Source of the DNA: Ostrea edulis | Lineage: Eukaryota | Direction: 5' to 3' | NCBI RefSeq assembly: GCF_947568905.1 | Contig: NC_079164.1 | Location: forward strand, 108,748,001 to 108,812,000 | DNA: 64,000 nucleotides | Shown: piece after piece, positions 35,625 to 46,749 of the stretch | Layout: the number at the start of each line of letters is the position of its first letter | Numbering within the stretch: the stretch's first letter is position 1 | Notes under the pieces: model-generated | What the model was told of the DNA's origin: nothing | The model's database searches: none | The model's input: only the letters and a program-made list of their open reading frames with translations | Position numbers and translations under genes: made by a program

Positions 35625-36351
35625 TTGTTTGAACAAAGCTTACTTTATTTTTTGTTTGAAGCAAGGCTTACTTTATTTTTTGTTTGAAGCAAAGCTTACT
35701 TTATTTTTTGTTTGAAACAAAGCGTACTTCATTTTTTGTTTGAAGCAAAGCGTACTTTATTTTTTGTTTGAAGCAAGGCTTACTTTATTTTTTGTTTGAA
35801 GCAAAGCTTACTTTATTTTTTGTTTGAAACAAAGCGTACTTCATTTTTTGTTTGAAGCAAAGCGTACTTTATTTTTTGTTTGAAGCAAGGCTTACTTTAT
35901 TTTTTGTTTGAAGCAAAGCTTACTTTATTTTTTGTTTGAAACAAAGCGTACTTCATTTTTTGTTTGAAGCAAAGCGTACTTTATTTTTTGTTTGAAGCAA
36001 GGCTTACTTTATTTTTTGTTTGAAGCAAAGCTTACTTTATTTTTTGTTTGAAACAAAGCGTACTTCATTTTTTGTTTGAAGCAAAGCGTACTTTATTTTT
36101 TGTTTGAAGCAAGGCTTACTTTATTTTTTGTTTGAAGCAAAGCTTACTTTATTTTTTGTTTGAAGCAAAGCTTACTTTATTTTTTGTTTGAAACAAAGCT
36201 TACTTTATTTTTTGTTTGAAGCAAAGCTTACTTTATTTTTTGTTTGAAGCAAGGCTTACTTTATTTTTTGTTTGAAGCAAAGCTTACTTTATTTTTTGTT
36301 TGAAGCAAAGCTTACTTTATTTTTTGTTTGAAGCAAAGCTTACTTTATTTT
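35625..36351. repeat. 28-bp minisatellite, about 26 units, with a 4-unit (112-bp) higher-order repeat
   Basis: Unit TACTTTATTTTTTGTTTGAAGCAAAGCT; the AAGG variant occurs at 35663, 35775, 35887, 35999 and 36111. Confidence 0.96.
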
Positions 36352-36953
36352 GATGAGGAGTGGATGTTCACGTATCTTACTGTAACATTTGTGCATGTAT
36401 TAGTGATTCTAACAAATAATATCTTTAGTGGCTGACTATTCCTGCATTTTTTTCTAACTTTTTGACGAAAAGAAGTACATTTTGAACCACTGTCCTTTCC
36501 GCGAACATAAAGCGCGTTAAAGAATGTGATTTATATCAACTACACGTTTATCTCTAATGACAGACTAATGTTTAAAAAAAGGCAATCACATTCTTCTATG
36601 CGCTCATCGTCTTTTTAAATAAACCACAAATAACAAGCATTTGAGGTATCCAAATTAATTTTCAATAAAGATAATCTAATTCAAAAGGTGTCAACATTGA
36701 AAATTATTCACTAGGAAACTTTGAAAAATGATCTGTTCACGAAGTTTGAAAATATTGAATTCATTGAACACTATGGGAAATGCTTTTCAGCATGTAAATA
36801 AAACAAAACTAAGATGAAAAGATGCATCAATCAATTTTTATCATAATCTATAGGGAAAAGTGTTCGTCACCAAACAAAATCTTTCGGGTGGGGGGCAAGA
36901 AATCTGACTGCCTGGGTTTAGATGCATATCCAGATTTTGACGTTTACATTTGA

Positions 36954-37089
36954 AAAGGGAAAACAACGCTTAATGAAAACCGTCCAATACATGTACGGAG
37001 TGGGTATAATTCACACTAGTTAAAGGGAAAACAACGCTTAATGAAAACCGTCCAATACATGTACGGAGTGGGTACAATTCACACTAGTT
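36954..37089. repeat. 68-bp tandem duplication
   Basis: AAAGGGAAAACAACGCTTAATG..TTCACACTAGTT occurs twice with one mismatch. Confidence 0.92.
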
Positions 37090-37191
37090 ACGTGATGCTG
37101 TATTTGGCTTTTACATATAAAGTAGATTTTAATGTCAGACAACCCCTGCACATTTTCCAAACCCGGAATTACTTGTACAATGTATATGATT

Positions 37192-37330
37192 TAAATCTAA
37201 TTTATGACGTGCATGCTTTACACTAAATCTAATTTATGACGTGCATGCTTTACACTAAATCTAATTTATGACGTGCATGCTTTACACTAAATCTAATTTA
37301 TGACGTGCATGCTTTACACTCTATCTAATT
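37192..37330. repeat. 32-bp minisatellite, about 4 units
   Basis: Unit TAAATCTAATTTATGACGTGCATGCTTTACAC. Confidence 0.95.
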
Positions 37331-37934
37331 ACGCTTCGCTATCACATTTTTCAAATCATTAACATATAAACGTTTTTGTTTTTTTTTTATTACAGGGACC
37401 CCCTGTGATCTAGAATAAACATTAATCGTAGGTATCTCCCCCCCAAAAAGAGAACTGTTTTATCTTTTCTAGGAATAAAAGAAACACAAAAACTCATTCA
37501 ACATTACAGATAAGTCAGCACTCTAAGAGCGAAAACATGCTGTAGAAGTCTAGAGATAAGAAGTTTCCTACAGGGCGCAGATTTCGTGACATTTTGACAC
37601 GTTATAAAAGATAGGAACCATGTATAATTTGGAAAACTTGTCCTCCTTGGCGTATCCATAACTTGAAGCAATGTGTCATACATGTTCAAACTTTATTTAA
37701 AAAATGTGCACCTTCACCAATCCGATAGAATGACTTCAATAGTTTAGCAGGATTTTTTTGGGATATATTTTTGGAGCGCAGTGTTCAGCTACCTGCCACA
37801 CATTTGCAACTGTGCGAAAGCCAAATACATGAAGAGACATATGTTTTTCTTTATAAAAAAAATATGAAAAATAATCTGACGATCCGGGTTTTTTCCCCCA
37901 AGAACTAATTATTATGCAATACATCATCTACATG

Positions 37935-37937
<3 letters not shown>

Positions 37938-37998
<61 letters not shown>
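37938..37998. repeat. (TC)n microsatellite
   Basis: Direct read. Confidence 0.98.
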
Positions 37999-38001
<3 letters not shown>

Positions 38002-38167
38002 GCCATCTCACTAAAAATTAGGTATTATTGTTTTTACAAAAGATTTAGTGCTACAGATATTGACTTTTTGTGAAAATGAATGCTTTTATGGATCGAATAC
38101 CTTATTACTTTCTCACGGTTTGACATACTGAGCACAAGGACTGGTTATCCGATTGACAGCCCAGGCT

Positions 38168-39738
38168 GCTTGTGAAATGACCTCTAAATCTAACATAAGC
38201 TTGTGAAGTGACCTCTAGAGCTAACATAAGCTTGTGAAATGACCTCTAAAGCTAACATAAGCTTGTGAAGTGACCTCTAAAGCTAACATAAGCTTGTTAA
38301 GTGAACTCTAGAGCTAACATAAGCTTGTGAAATGACCTCTAAAGCTAACATAAGCTTGTGAAATGACCTCTAAAGCTAACATAAGCTTGTGAAATGACCT
38401 CTAAAGCTAACATAAGCTTGTGAAATGACCTCTAAAGCTAACATAAGCTTGTGAAATGACCTCTAAAGCTAACATAAGCTTGTGAAGTGACCACTAAATC
38501 TAACATTAGCTTGTGAAATGACCTCTAGAGCTAACATAAGCTTGTGAAATGACCTCTAAAGCTAACATAAGCTTGTGAAGTGACCACTAAAGCTAACATA
38601 AGCTTGTGAAATGACCTCTAAAGCTAACATAAGCTTGTGAAGTGACCTCTAAATCTAACATAAGCATGTGAAGTGACTTCTAAAGCTAACGTAAGCTTGT
38701 GAAATGACCTCTAAAGCTAACATAAGCTTGTGAAAAGACCTTTAAAGCTAACATAAGCTTGTGAAATGACCTCTAAAGCTAACATAAGCTTGTGAAGTGA
38801 CCTCTAAAGCTAACATAAGCTTGTGAAGTGACCTCTAGAGCTAACATAAGCTTGTGAAATGACCTTAAAAGTTAACATAAGCTTGTGAAGTGACCTCTAA
38901 ATCTAACATAAGCTTGTGAAATGACCTTCAAAGCTAACATAAGCTTGTGAAATGACCTCTAAAGCTAACATAAGCTTGTGAAATGACCTCTAAAGCTAAC
39001 ATAAGCTTGTGAAGTGACCACTAAATCTAACATAAGCTTGTGAAGTGACCGCTAGAGCTAACATAAGCTTGTGAAATTACCTCTAAAGTTAACATAAGAT
39101 TGTGAAGTGACCTCTAAATCTAACATAAGCTTGTGAAATGACCCCTAAAGCTAACATAAGCTTGTGAAATGACCTCTAAAGCTAACATAAGCTTGTGAAA
39201 TGACCTCTAAAGCTAACATAAGCTTGTGAAATGACCTCTAAAGCTAACATAAGGTAACATACGCTTGTGAAATGACCTCTAAAGCTAACATAAGCTTGTG
39301 AAATGACCTCTAAAGCTAACATAAGCTTGTGAAATGACCTCTAAAGCTAACATAAGCTTGTGAAGTGACCACTAAAGCTAACATAAGCTTGTGAAATGAC
39401 CACTAAAGCTAACATGAGCTTGTGAAGTGACCTTTAAAGCTAACATAAGCTTGTGAAATGACCTCTAAAGCTAACATAAGCTTGTGAAATGACCTCTAAA
39501 GCTAACATAAGCTTGTGAAATGACCTCTAAAGCTAATATAAGCTAACATAAGCTTGTGAAGCGACCTCTAAAGCTAACATAAGCTTGTGAAGTGACCTCT
39601 AGAGCTAACATAAGCTTGCGAAGTGACCTTTAAAGTTAACATAAGCTTGTGAAGTGACCTCTAAAGTTAACATAAGCTTATGAAGTGACCTCTAAAGCTA
39701 ACATAAGCTTGCGAAGTGACTTTTAAAGCTAACATAAG
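38168..39738. repeat. 31-bp satellite array, about 50 units
   Basis: Unit GCTTGTGAAATGACCTCTAAAGCTAACATAA; two short out-of-register inserts near 39250 and 39535. Confidence 0.97.
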
Positions 39739-39742
39739 TCTC

Positions 39743-39865
39743 TGTTGTTTTACGTCCCATTTGAGATTTTTATTACCTTTGTGAGACGTCTTCAGCCTTA
39801 GTTGAAGTGCCACAAAGTTTGACCTATGCATGAGAGTTCTTTATCGTGCTAACACATACAGTGAC
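39743..39865 (-). mobile_element. degraded SINE 3' fragment
   Basis: GTTTTACGTCCC..GAGACGTC..GACCTATGC..GTTCTTTATCGTGC resembles the reverse complement of the shared SINE tail. Confidence 0.55.
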
Positions 39866-40505
39866 TCGATGGAATTTAAAAGTAATCAAGCTAATTTCTT
39901 ATAAATTTATTCTCCTAGTAGGATAGCACATCCACCATAACACCCACCCTTCATAGATTCGCCGTTTTGACCCCAGTACATGTACTTCGGTAATACCAAT
40001 CAATAATTTGTTGACATATCGTCAGATAGCATTATTTCATATAGTCTATCATATATACTGGCAAAACATGGAAGAAACATAATCTATACATACTGATGCA
40101 CAAAACATACTCTGAGTAGGTGTCCCTTCCTCGCTTTGATTTTCTCTCATTTGGGTTATATCCGCACCACCCACACACCATCACAGTACCGTGCAAGGGG
40201 ATTTAGACACTATGCAAAGAAAGTTGATCGGGCCTATAATGTCAAATTATCCCCTGTTACCTTAGTTGTGTAATTTAGCATTTCAAATTGCTATACATGT
40301 ATATAATAGTCGGTTAACGAGGTCTACAGAGTGTATATTGATTTGTTGAATGTCTTATAGTGCCAACTTTAAATTGACTTACCGGTATGTACTACATGTT
40401 ACTAATACAAACACACCATTCAAGTAAAAGGAGTTGTGGATTCAGATTAACAATTTGTAATTCAAGCTCAATACAGTAATTCGAAATCACATTTATCAAT
40501 GATGC

Positions 40506-40685
40506 AAGGTGAAGATAACGAACAGTGATCAATCTCATAACTCCTATAAGCAATACAAAATAGATAGTTGGGCAAACACGGACCCCTGGACACACCAGAG
40601 GTGGGATCAGGTGCCTAGGAGGAGTAAGCATTCCCTGTTGACCGGTCACACCCGCCGTGAGCCCCATATCCTGATATGTAAATCG
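40506..40685 (-). mobile_element. Penelope-like element 3' end fragment
   Basis: Reverse complement of 33280-33452, ending at the same TTCACCTT terminus. Confidence 0.85.
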
Positions 40686-40862
40686 TTGTGACAATGTATT
40701 GATTTAGTTCAATTCCCGTCGGTCACGTCAAATCTGAGACGCCTAAAGTACTTGTTCCTTCGCTATTCCTTAACAGTAAAACCTTGATGAGTTTAGGGCA
40801 CTTCACCTAAATGTACAGCTGGAGATGTTCCTATATAAGTAAATCTCGCACAGACGTAAAAC

Positions 40863-41685
40863 TAGCTGCAATAATGTAGCCCTATCCGATTTTTTTTTAT
40901 TCTGACGTTTTTGGGATAAGGCTACAATTCCATAGGATCTCCGTAATGGTGCAAAATAATTTTATGAATAACCGATAATAAACTCTGTGTATTTGTACCA
41001 AATGTTGTTTACACCAAAAGGAGTACCAACTTTGTGCTCGGGCATGTCTAATAAAGGTGTTTTTCATTAAATATAATGTACAGCATGCAAAATTCTTCGT
41101 CTGCTCCGCCATGCTTGTTATCGCGAGATCTCGTAGGTGGATCTAATGAAAAACCTAAACATTGACAATCAGCGCGAAAATTTAGTTACTCGAGCTACTT
41201 AGACAAAGAAAGGAAAATCATATTGTTGCAGAAAGAATTTACACTCAGTTGTTCGGTTTTTTAACTTGATATTAAATTCAAACCTTTTCAATACCGACGA
41301 AATAGCTTTCGCCTCCATACTTGTCCATTGATGTAAATACTACCTTATATGGCATATGCAAATGACTTGACAATCGCAAGTTGAAACTTCAGTACATCAA
41401 ACATGGCGCACAAATATGAATCGAGAAATTGGAATTTATCGAAATTGTTGAAAACGGTAGAATAGAGCCTCACAAATCTTAAGTTGTAGGTTGTAAATTT
41501 ATATATTGACTAAGAAACATAGAATATCATTTTATTTACGTAAAGAAAGTCAGGAAATGTTTGGAATGAGCGCAAATGTTGCGGGAGTGAATCACTCCCG
41601 CATTTGCACCATTACGGAGATCCTAAGGAGTTGTAGCCCTCTCCCTAAAAAAAAAAAATCAGAGAGGGCTACATTATTGCAGCTA
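40863..41685. mobile_element. 823-bp non-autonomous DNA transposon with long TIRs and 9-bp TSD (AcademH-like; MULE is the alternative)
   Basis: TAGCTGCAATAATGTAGCCCT..TAGGATCTCCGTAATGGTGCAAA (40863-40955) is inverted at 41603-41685; ACGTAAAAC at 40854-40862 and 41686-41694; TAG..CTA termini. Confidence 0.8.
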
Positions 41686-41749
41686 ACGTAAAACTACGAA
41701 GTGATCATTAGAGGGTCTATTCACAACAATACTCACCTGCTCCCTACCA

Positions 41750-44700
41750 TAGGCCCGGTTGCTTTAGTTTAAAAAACAACCATTAATTGATTTTGGCTAG
41801 GTGTGTTCCTGCACAGAAATTGGTGGGCATGGGGGGTGAATCTTACAAAGATGAAACAATTTTTTTATGGTTTGAAAATATTCTCCAGCATAAGACCCAA
41901 TGGGTCAATCTATATTTGGTCGAGATAATTTTAACTTCAGGCAGTATTGCAGTTTTATTTCCAGCCAATGTAACACCTTTCGTATCCACTTTTATATCAT
42001 TATCTGTCATTTTGGGTTTTGAGACCCCGTTTTGGGAGGAAACATAATATCTTGGATCGCAACTTTGTTGCACCATCAACATTAATCTCGGCTCGGCTGA
42101 ATATTTGGACTGACGCCTTCACCGAATCTCGGGGCAGTCCTTCATAATTCATGTCTGGAAATTTACTTTCAGCTTCGGTCGGTCCTAGCAGTTAATGTCA
42201 TTTAGGTGAAATTCCATAAAGTTTATCATTCTATAGAACTTCGCTATTACAAAGACTTGGTACAAGTGGTAGATAGACCATACTGATGTCTCCATAATTG
42301 GTTTTAGCTTCGTACAATTTGTTTTAAAAGAGACAATATCTAATGCTACAATACAGGGTTCATTTTTCTTTTCTTCGTGCTAAAAGAAGTGTTTCCTGCA
42401 TGCTTTCAGTGTATGAACACTTTAGAATGTAAGTCACGGATACACGGGAATGTATATAATTTCCCTTGAACATGTACATTTTCCAAGAAAACCAATCATG
42501 TATATTTTTCTTGAACATGCAGATGTTTCCAAGAAAACCACTACTAATGTATATATTTTCTTTTGAACATGCAGATGTTCCTTTAATTCCAGGAAAACTA
42601 CTAATGTATATAATTTCTCGTGAACATGCAAATTTCTCCTTTGATTTCAAGAAAACAACTGTGCTATTTTGATAGTTTCACAATTCACAAACTCATACGC
42701 GATGACTTCTAGATCTAGGCTTATTTCAAGGACGCAAACTCGGCATTGTTCAATCCAATGTTAAAACAATAGCAGTTTTGGGTGCGGCCTCGTTCAATCC
42801 AATGTTAAAACAATAGCAGTTTTGGGTGCGGCCTCGTTCAATCCAATGTTAAAACGATAGCAGTTTTGGGTGCGGCCTCGTTCAATCCAATGTTAAAACA
42901 ATAGCAGTTTTGGGTGCGGCCTCGTTCAATCCAATGTTAAAACAATAGCAGTTTTGGGTGCGGCCTCGTTCAATCCAATGTTAAAACAATAGCAGTTTTG
43001 GGTGCGGCCTCGTTCAATCCAATGTTAAAACAATAGCAGTTTTGGGTGCGGCCTCGTTCAATCCAATGTTAAAACAATAGCAGTTTTGGGTGCGGCCTCG
43101 TTCAATCCAATGTTAAAACAATAGCAGTTTTGGGTGCGGTCTCGTTCAATCCAATGTTAAAACAATAGCAGTTTTGGGTGCGGCCTCGTTCAATCCAATG
43201 TTAAAACAATAGCAGTTTTGGGTGCGGCCTCGTTCAATCCAATGTTAAAACAATAGCAGTTTTGGGTGCGGCCTCGTTCAATCCAATGTTAAAACAATAG
43301 CAGTCTTGGGTTCAATCCATTTGTAAAATAATCGTCGATGTTCTCCACGTTTATAATCATTTTGTTGACAAAATCTTTTAAATTGAATTATGCAAGACAT
43401 CATCTTGTTCCAATTAAAGATCAACCGCGGGCTGAATTGTAAATTCTACCTTTTGAATGTTCATAATTCAGTTATTTTCATGAAGATGTGATACATTTTT
43501 TCAATTCTTTCACGTAAATCTTAAAATACCATGACAGTCTGCTGACATTTTGTCAAATGGAGGCACGAAATGATTCTTCGGTAAAACCTTGTCATCAATA
43601 GTTGATTAGTTCCAACGAAATCTTAAATTTATTAAATTCAAATTGCTTTTTTTGTGTGGTAATTTTATAAGGTGTGCACGAATTCTTTTTCACACAATGG
43701 CTTTTGATGCTGCTATATACGAACCATTAAGATTTTATTAAAAAACTATTGATAATTTCAAGAATTATCGCAACTTTGTCGTTTGTAAAGACATTTTTGG
43801 ATTGTAAGAAGATAACGCAGTGATCTGTGTGACAAAAAGTAAGAATGATGTGCCATTCATTCTCAAGATCAGTTTTTCTAGGAGAGGTAGAATCTCATTG
43901 TGTACTCTACTTACTTTGTGCTTACACGGCCTATCTCACAAAAAAAGAATATCCGATCACCTCAAAGTAACGGTACACTGATCTTAAGCATTTCAGCAAA
44001 GGAAAAAGCTTTGTAGTGTTAGCGCATCAAATTAACATTACAGTTATACTTTTTTGGAGGTAAATGACCTTAAATCCAGTATCTTGCTGATACTCACAGT
44101 AATTAAAGTTAATGCCTATCTCCTAGGGAACTTGTTTCAAGTTAAAGGAGTAATATTTGATCACAAAGTTCAACCCCGTCTAAGTTAAAAGTTCATCATA
44201 AACAAAATGTATATGAAAAAAAAAAAAAATGAAATCTCAGAATTTGTCAGAAATCGGGCAACTTTCAGTATTGCTGTCCCCAATCCACTTCATCCATGCT
44301 GAAAGAGAACGCAGTCCAAACCCCAGACAGTCTAGTAAATGGCAAGCAGCTATCAAAACCTGAACATTCTTGTGTATCGGGGCCGAGTGAGGGTGGGGGT
44401 GGGTGTGGGGGGTAAGGTTATAGGGATTTATGAACTAACGAAAGACGATACAATTCAGCCATCTCGTCATGATTTGACTGATCACAACTTAAATCAAATT
44501 TGCTATAGTTTAGAGATTACATCATAGAGAGCGGATTATGCTCCATTATAAGTGCATGTGTGGCTATAATGACAGAGTAATATACAGAAATATGTAATAT
44601 ATGTACAATTATTACAGATGTCTAACAGTCGATTAACTGATATTTTGATCATTGCTTTCTGGTATGAATACAGCCACATCATCCCCACTGTCTGGAGTGA

Positions 44701-44750
44701 TTTATGGCACAGAATATATTATGCTTCGCCCATGTTAAAAAAAAATTAAG
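41750..44750 (-). pseudogene. putative decayed intron-less coding tract of unknown family (segment A)
   Basis: Successive minus-strand open runs joined by isolated stops or frameshifts, e.g. SLNYSKFDLSCDQSNHDEMAELYRLSL, DTQECSGFDSCLPFTRLSGVWTAFSFSMDEVDWGQQY, KDFVNKMIINVENIDDYFTNGLN, LGPTEAESKFPDMNYEGLPRDSVKASVQIFSRAEINVDGATKL, MTDNDIKVDTKGVTLAGNKTAILPEVKIISTKYRLTHW. First-position purine bias is 30 of 38 codons in the last run. No homolog recognised; boundaries approximate. Confidence 0.4.
42748..43319. repeat. 44-bp minisatellite, about 13 near-identical units
   Basis: Unit GTTCAATCCAATGTTAAAACAATAGCAGTTTTGGGTGCGGCCTC. Confidence 0.97.
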
Positions 44751-44869
44751 CCTTGTCTTACTGAATGGCCTTGACCCTTCTCTGTAAGCTTGTCTCGACC
44801 TTGAATTATCAGTTCACCAAGTATGAAGTACATGTTTCTAGATCTTATATAATTCAAAAGTTATGACAA

Positions 44870-44924
<55 letters not shown>
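44870..44924. repeat. (TC)n microsatellite
   Basis: Direct read. Confidence 0.97.
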
Positions 44925-44926
<2 letters not shown>

Positions 44927-45412
44927 GTGTCGGGTCTGAATATAGATACAAGGTCAAATAAATAAGGATACATAAGCACTAAAATGACTAACAACACGAA
45001 CAATATGAAAATGTCAAATTTTCGGGACGACCTGCCACATCTTCAGGACGATAGCATATACATCTAGTAGGCCCCAAATACTAATAACAGCATAAAAGAG
45101 TGGCGCTGATCTAGTAAGCTAATCGAAAGACAGTGTGTCACGTTCATCTTGCATTGTTATACATGTACTCAAGGAAGAGTCCAAACATATCTTTTATGGA
45201 AGGATTGGGTTTTTTCCCCCTTTCAGTGGAATCTCAAAGTAGTTTCTACGAGGCAGGTACACTGTATTATCTTCCTGGAGTAGCCAATCAGCGTTTTTAT
45301 CAGAATTTTGATAAGCGTCGTTATGAGTTCAGAAGAATACCGAACAAAGAGTCCAGGGCTGCTTTCAAGATCGTATCGGCTACGTAGTGCTACATAGTGC
45401 TACATAGTGCAG

Positions 45413-45567
45413 CAGTGGCGTAGCTTCCATTGAGGCAACCGAGGCAGCTGCCTCGGTAAAAAAACACAACACCTTTTACGTTGTTAAAATGTCGATAGCT
45501 TCTGGGGGGGGGGGGGGGGGGGCGCAGACCCTGCCTCGGTAATATTCGAACCCAAGCTACGACTATG
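45413..45567. mobile_element. MITE with 5-bp TSD, same family as 251-379
   Basis: CAGTGGCGTAGCTT ... AAGCTACGACTATG; TGCAG at 45408-45412 and 45568-45572; retains a poly-G block absent from the first copy. Confidence 0.9.
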
Positions 45568-46026
45568 TGCAGTGAGATTGAAACGAACATCTAGGCTAGC
45601 CCTACGCGGGAATAGCAAACGTTAATTCATACGATGCGTTCAATAGACCTAGATACCTAGCCTAGCAACTAGGCTAGCCGCTACGACCTTGAACGCAACC
45701 CAGACGTATGTAAGTATACAAAAACGTCCCTTGTTTTTACACTTGATTCTCTCGAGGTTTACTTGTGTCAGCGAAGCTTGTTTACATACTGCTGTCATCT
45801 TTTCTTAAGTATATTACGTAATTAGCCACAGTTTCGTATTTACTTAGTGGATAACTAGGCCTAGCTGATATTTCAATTCATTTGTGATGCAAAAATTATG
45901 ATATTGTTTTGTCATTTATTAATTAGATTTGTCTGGAACTGTTATTGTATTACAATAAAGCCTAATTCCATGTGCCAACATCGTCTGCTGTATGTCACAT
46001 ACCTATGACATATTACATGTCTTGAT

Positions 46027-46432
46027 CAGGGGCGGATCCAGGAATAGCGGTTTCGGGGGGCGCCGCTTTATGAGGCAGGGGGTCAGGCCCCCAGTGGGTG
46101 CAAGCCCCCAGAAGCTCCTGGATTTTACATATTTCATAGGGCTTGAAATATGCCTCCTATTTCATCCTTTGTACTATTTTCTATCATATTTGATAAGGTG
46201 AAATTAATAAAATGACGCAAATTTTAAGGATTTTTGGAAAAAATAAGTTCCCCCAATAAAGTAATTAAAAAAATTAAAAGATTCTGTCATTTATTTCTCC
46301 GGGAGTGGAAGGAATTATTGCTAATTTTATCGTTTAGTACATTTTCCTAAACAAGATACCACGACTTACCTTAAATTTGAAAATTTTAGGGGGAGGAGGG
46401 CGCCGGCTGCGCCCCCCTTAAATCCGCCACTG
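46027..46432. mobile_element. 406-bp MITE with 5-bp TSD (hAT5-like), same family as 61869-62279
   Basis: CAGGGGCGGATCCAG ... TTAAATCCGCCACTG; TTGAT at 46022-46026 and 46433-46437. Confidence 0.9.
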
Positions 46433-46749
46433 TTGATAATGAAATTGTTACTTTCAGTGAGAACAAATGTTCATTGTAATATTGATTGAAGAATCCGTTG
46501 TGTATTCCTTATAAATGTATGATATTTCTGTTTGGCAGTACCATAGAACTCGTGTTATACGAGGCCGTACTTTCTTGTTATTGGTTGAATGTCATCATAC
46601 ATTATTTCTATTGGTTGACTCCAATCATGTGTCAATCGCAGAAAGGCTATATACACGCGAGAGCTAGCCATAAGCACGAGATAATACGTCAGTTGTAGAG
46701 CGCCAAAGTTTGAAACTAATCAGGCCTGGTCTACAATAGCCAATCATAT

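Noticed and set aside
42360-42672. Three overlapping ORFs
   Set aside because: Explained by a degenerate roughly 50-57 bp tandem repeat at about 42451-42640.
42748-43319. CRISPR-like regular repeats (also the 31-bp array at 38168-39738 and the 40-bp array at 20810-23248)
   Set aside because: Units are head-to-tail with no unique spacers, there are no cas genes, and the context is eukaryotic.
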